From: Pristiophorus japonicus
Lineage: Eukaryota
DNA length: 64,000 bases
Direction of reading: 5' to 3'
NCBI RefSeq assembly: GCF_044704955.1
Contig: NW_027252090.1
Location: forward strand, 186,001-250,000
A program made the position numbers and the translations under genes. The notes below the pieces were generated by a model. It did no database searches and was not told the DNA's origin. It saw nothing but the letters and a program-made list of their open reading frames with translations. Shown here piece after piece: positions 62,410-64,000 of this stretch. The first letter of the stretch is position 1; the number at the start of each line of letters is the position of its first letter.

Positions 62410-63665
62410 TGTCATAGGAACAGGAGAAGTCCATTCAGCCCATCCATCCTGTTCTGCCATTCAATCAGATCATGGCTGATATCTACCTCAACACCATCTA
62501 CCCGCTTTGGTTGTGCATCCCTTTACACCCTTGCCTAACAAAGATCTATCAATCTCAGTTTTGACATGTTCAATTGACCCCTACCCTCAACAGCTTTGGG
62601 AGGCCGGGGGTCGGGTGGGGGGGAGAGAGTTCCAGATGTACACGAGACTTTGTGTGAAATTATCCTTCCTGACATTACCCCTGAATGGTGTAGATCTACT
62701 TTTAAGGTTCTGTCCCTAGTTCTGAAGTACCGCACCAGAGGAAATATTTTCTCGCTATCTACCACATCAGTTCCATTTATCAACGTAAACACCTCAATTA
62801 CATCGCCTCTTCACATTCTACACAAAGGAATACAAGCCTAACCCGTCCTCATCATTTAGCCGTTTTAGCCCGAATTTGATTTGCACCCGCTCTAAAGCCA
62901 GTTTATCCATCCTGCGGTGCGGTGCCCAGAACTGAATGCTCTGTTCTAAAAAGGCAGATCATAAAATCATAGACATTTTCAGCATGGAAAGAGGCAATTT
63001 TGGCCCATCGTGTCCGCGCCGGCCAAATAAGAGCAATCCAGCCTAATCCCACTTTCCAGCTCTTGGTCCGCAGCCCTGTAGGTTCATTGCATATCCAATA
63101 TATTTGTTTAATGTGCTGAGGGTTTCAGCCTCTAACACCCTTTCAGGTAGTGATTTCGAGACCCACACTACGTTCTGGATGAAGACATTTCCTCTCATAT
63201 CTCCTCTAAACCTCGCCCCAATTACTTTAAATCTGTGTCCCCTGGTTGTTGACTCATCTGCCAAGGGTAACAGGTCCTTCCTATCCACTCCATCAAGGCC
63301 CCTCATAATCTTATACATCTCAATCAGGTCTCCTCTGTTGCAAACAAAATAGACCCAGCCTATCCAATCTTTCCTCATAGCCAAAATTCTCCAGTCCAGA
63401 CAACTTCCTGGTAAATCTCCTCTGCACCCGTTCCAGTACAATCGCATATTTCCTGTAACCTGGTGACCAGAAATGCACGTGCTACTCCAGCTGCGGCCTA
63501 ACAAGTGTTTTGTACAGTTCAAGCATAAGCTCCTTGCTATTTTATTCCATGCCTCGACTAATATAGGTAAATATTCCGTCTGCCTTCTTAACCCACTTAT
63601 CAAGCTGGTGTGCTACCTTTAGGGATTTGTGGACATGCACTCCAAGGTCACTTTATTTGTCTACA
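62410..63665 (-). mobile_element. Two tandem degenerate CR1 3' fragments in the intron upstream of CH3
   Basis: RGDLIEMYKIMRGLD..TRGHRFKV..LQGCGPRAGKWD (63043-63603); a second 3' end at ~62410. Confidence 0.87.
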
Positions 63666-64000
63666 CCCTTTCTAGCAATTTCTAGCAGTAGTCCTTACAG
63701 AGTAAAGGCCTGGAGACACCGACTGTCGCTCCCAATATGCTCAGGCAACTCAGGATAAAGCTGAGACTAAGGGCAAGCAGAGGGCAATCTTTGGCGAAGT
63801 GACGGAATCATGAACCGTGAGGAATCCTGAGTCAGGGCTTACACCGAAAGGAAAAACAAACTGTATGATTAGAAATTAGAAATAATTCAGTGCTTTTTTA
63901 CTAATTACGATTAAAGCCCTGACTGAGATCAGCGCTCAGAGTGATCCGGAACTTCCCGGGGCGATGTCTCTTACCCGGAGATCTGGTGATAGTTCGGTTT

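Overview
Eukaryotic, repeat-dense genomic DNA from a cartilaginous fish, most likely a shark; this is inferred from the IgM tailpiece and TM exons and from the CR1, RTE and SINE families. Two host loci are present, both on the minus strand. (1) The 3' half of an immunoglobulin mu heavy-chain gene: CH3, CH4 with secretory tailpiece, TM1 and TM2, with intact splice sites and both poly(A) signals. (2) About 26 kb downstream, a two-exon GPR139/142-like class A GPCR with a frameshifting deletion in exon 2. Its first exon is followed by a tandem series of diverged TM1-plus-donor cassettes. The rest is mobile and repetitive DNA: a 14.6-kb 50-bp satellite with higher-order structure that appears derived from the CR1 ORF2 C-terminus; an ~8.5-kb foldback-like inverted repeat; four arrays of a 65-bp minisatellite; many CR1 and RTE LINE fragments; a Tx1-like LINE inserted cleanly into a CR1; a decayed full-length Gypsy element; and a strongly G/T-skewed domain containing a TTAGG-type satellite, degenerate telomeric repeats and a hammerhead-ribozyme motif (probable Penelope remnant). 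Repeat boundaries are approximate and all alignments were made by eye.
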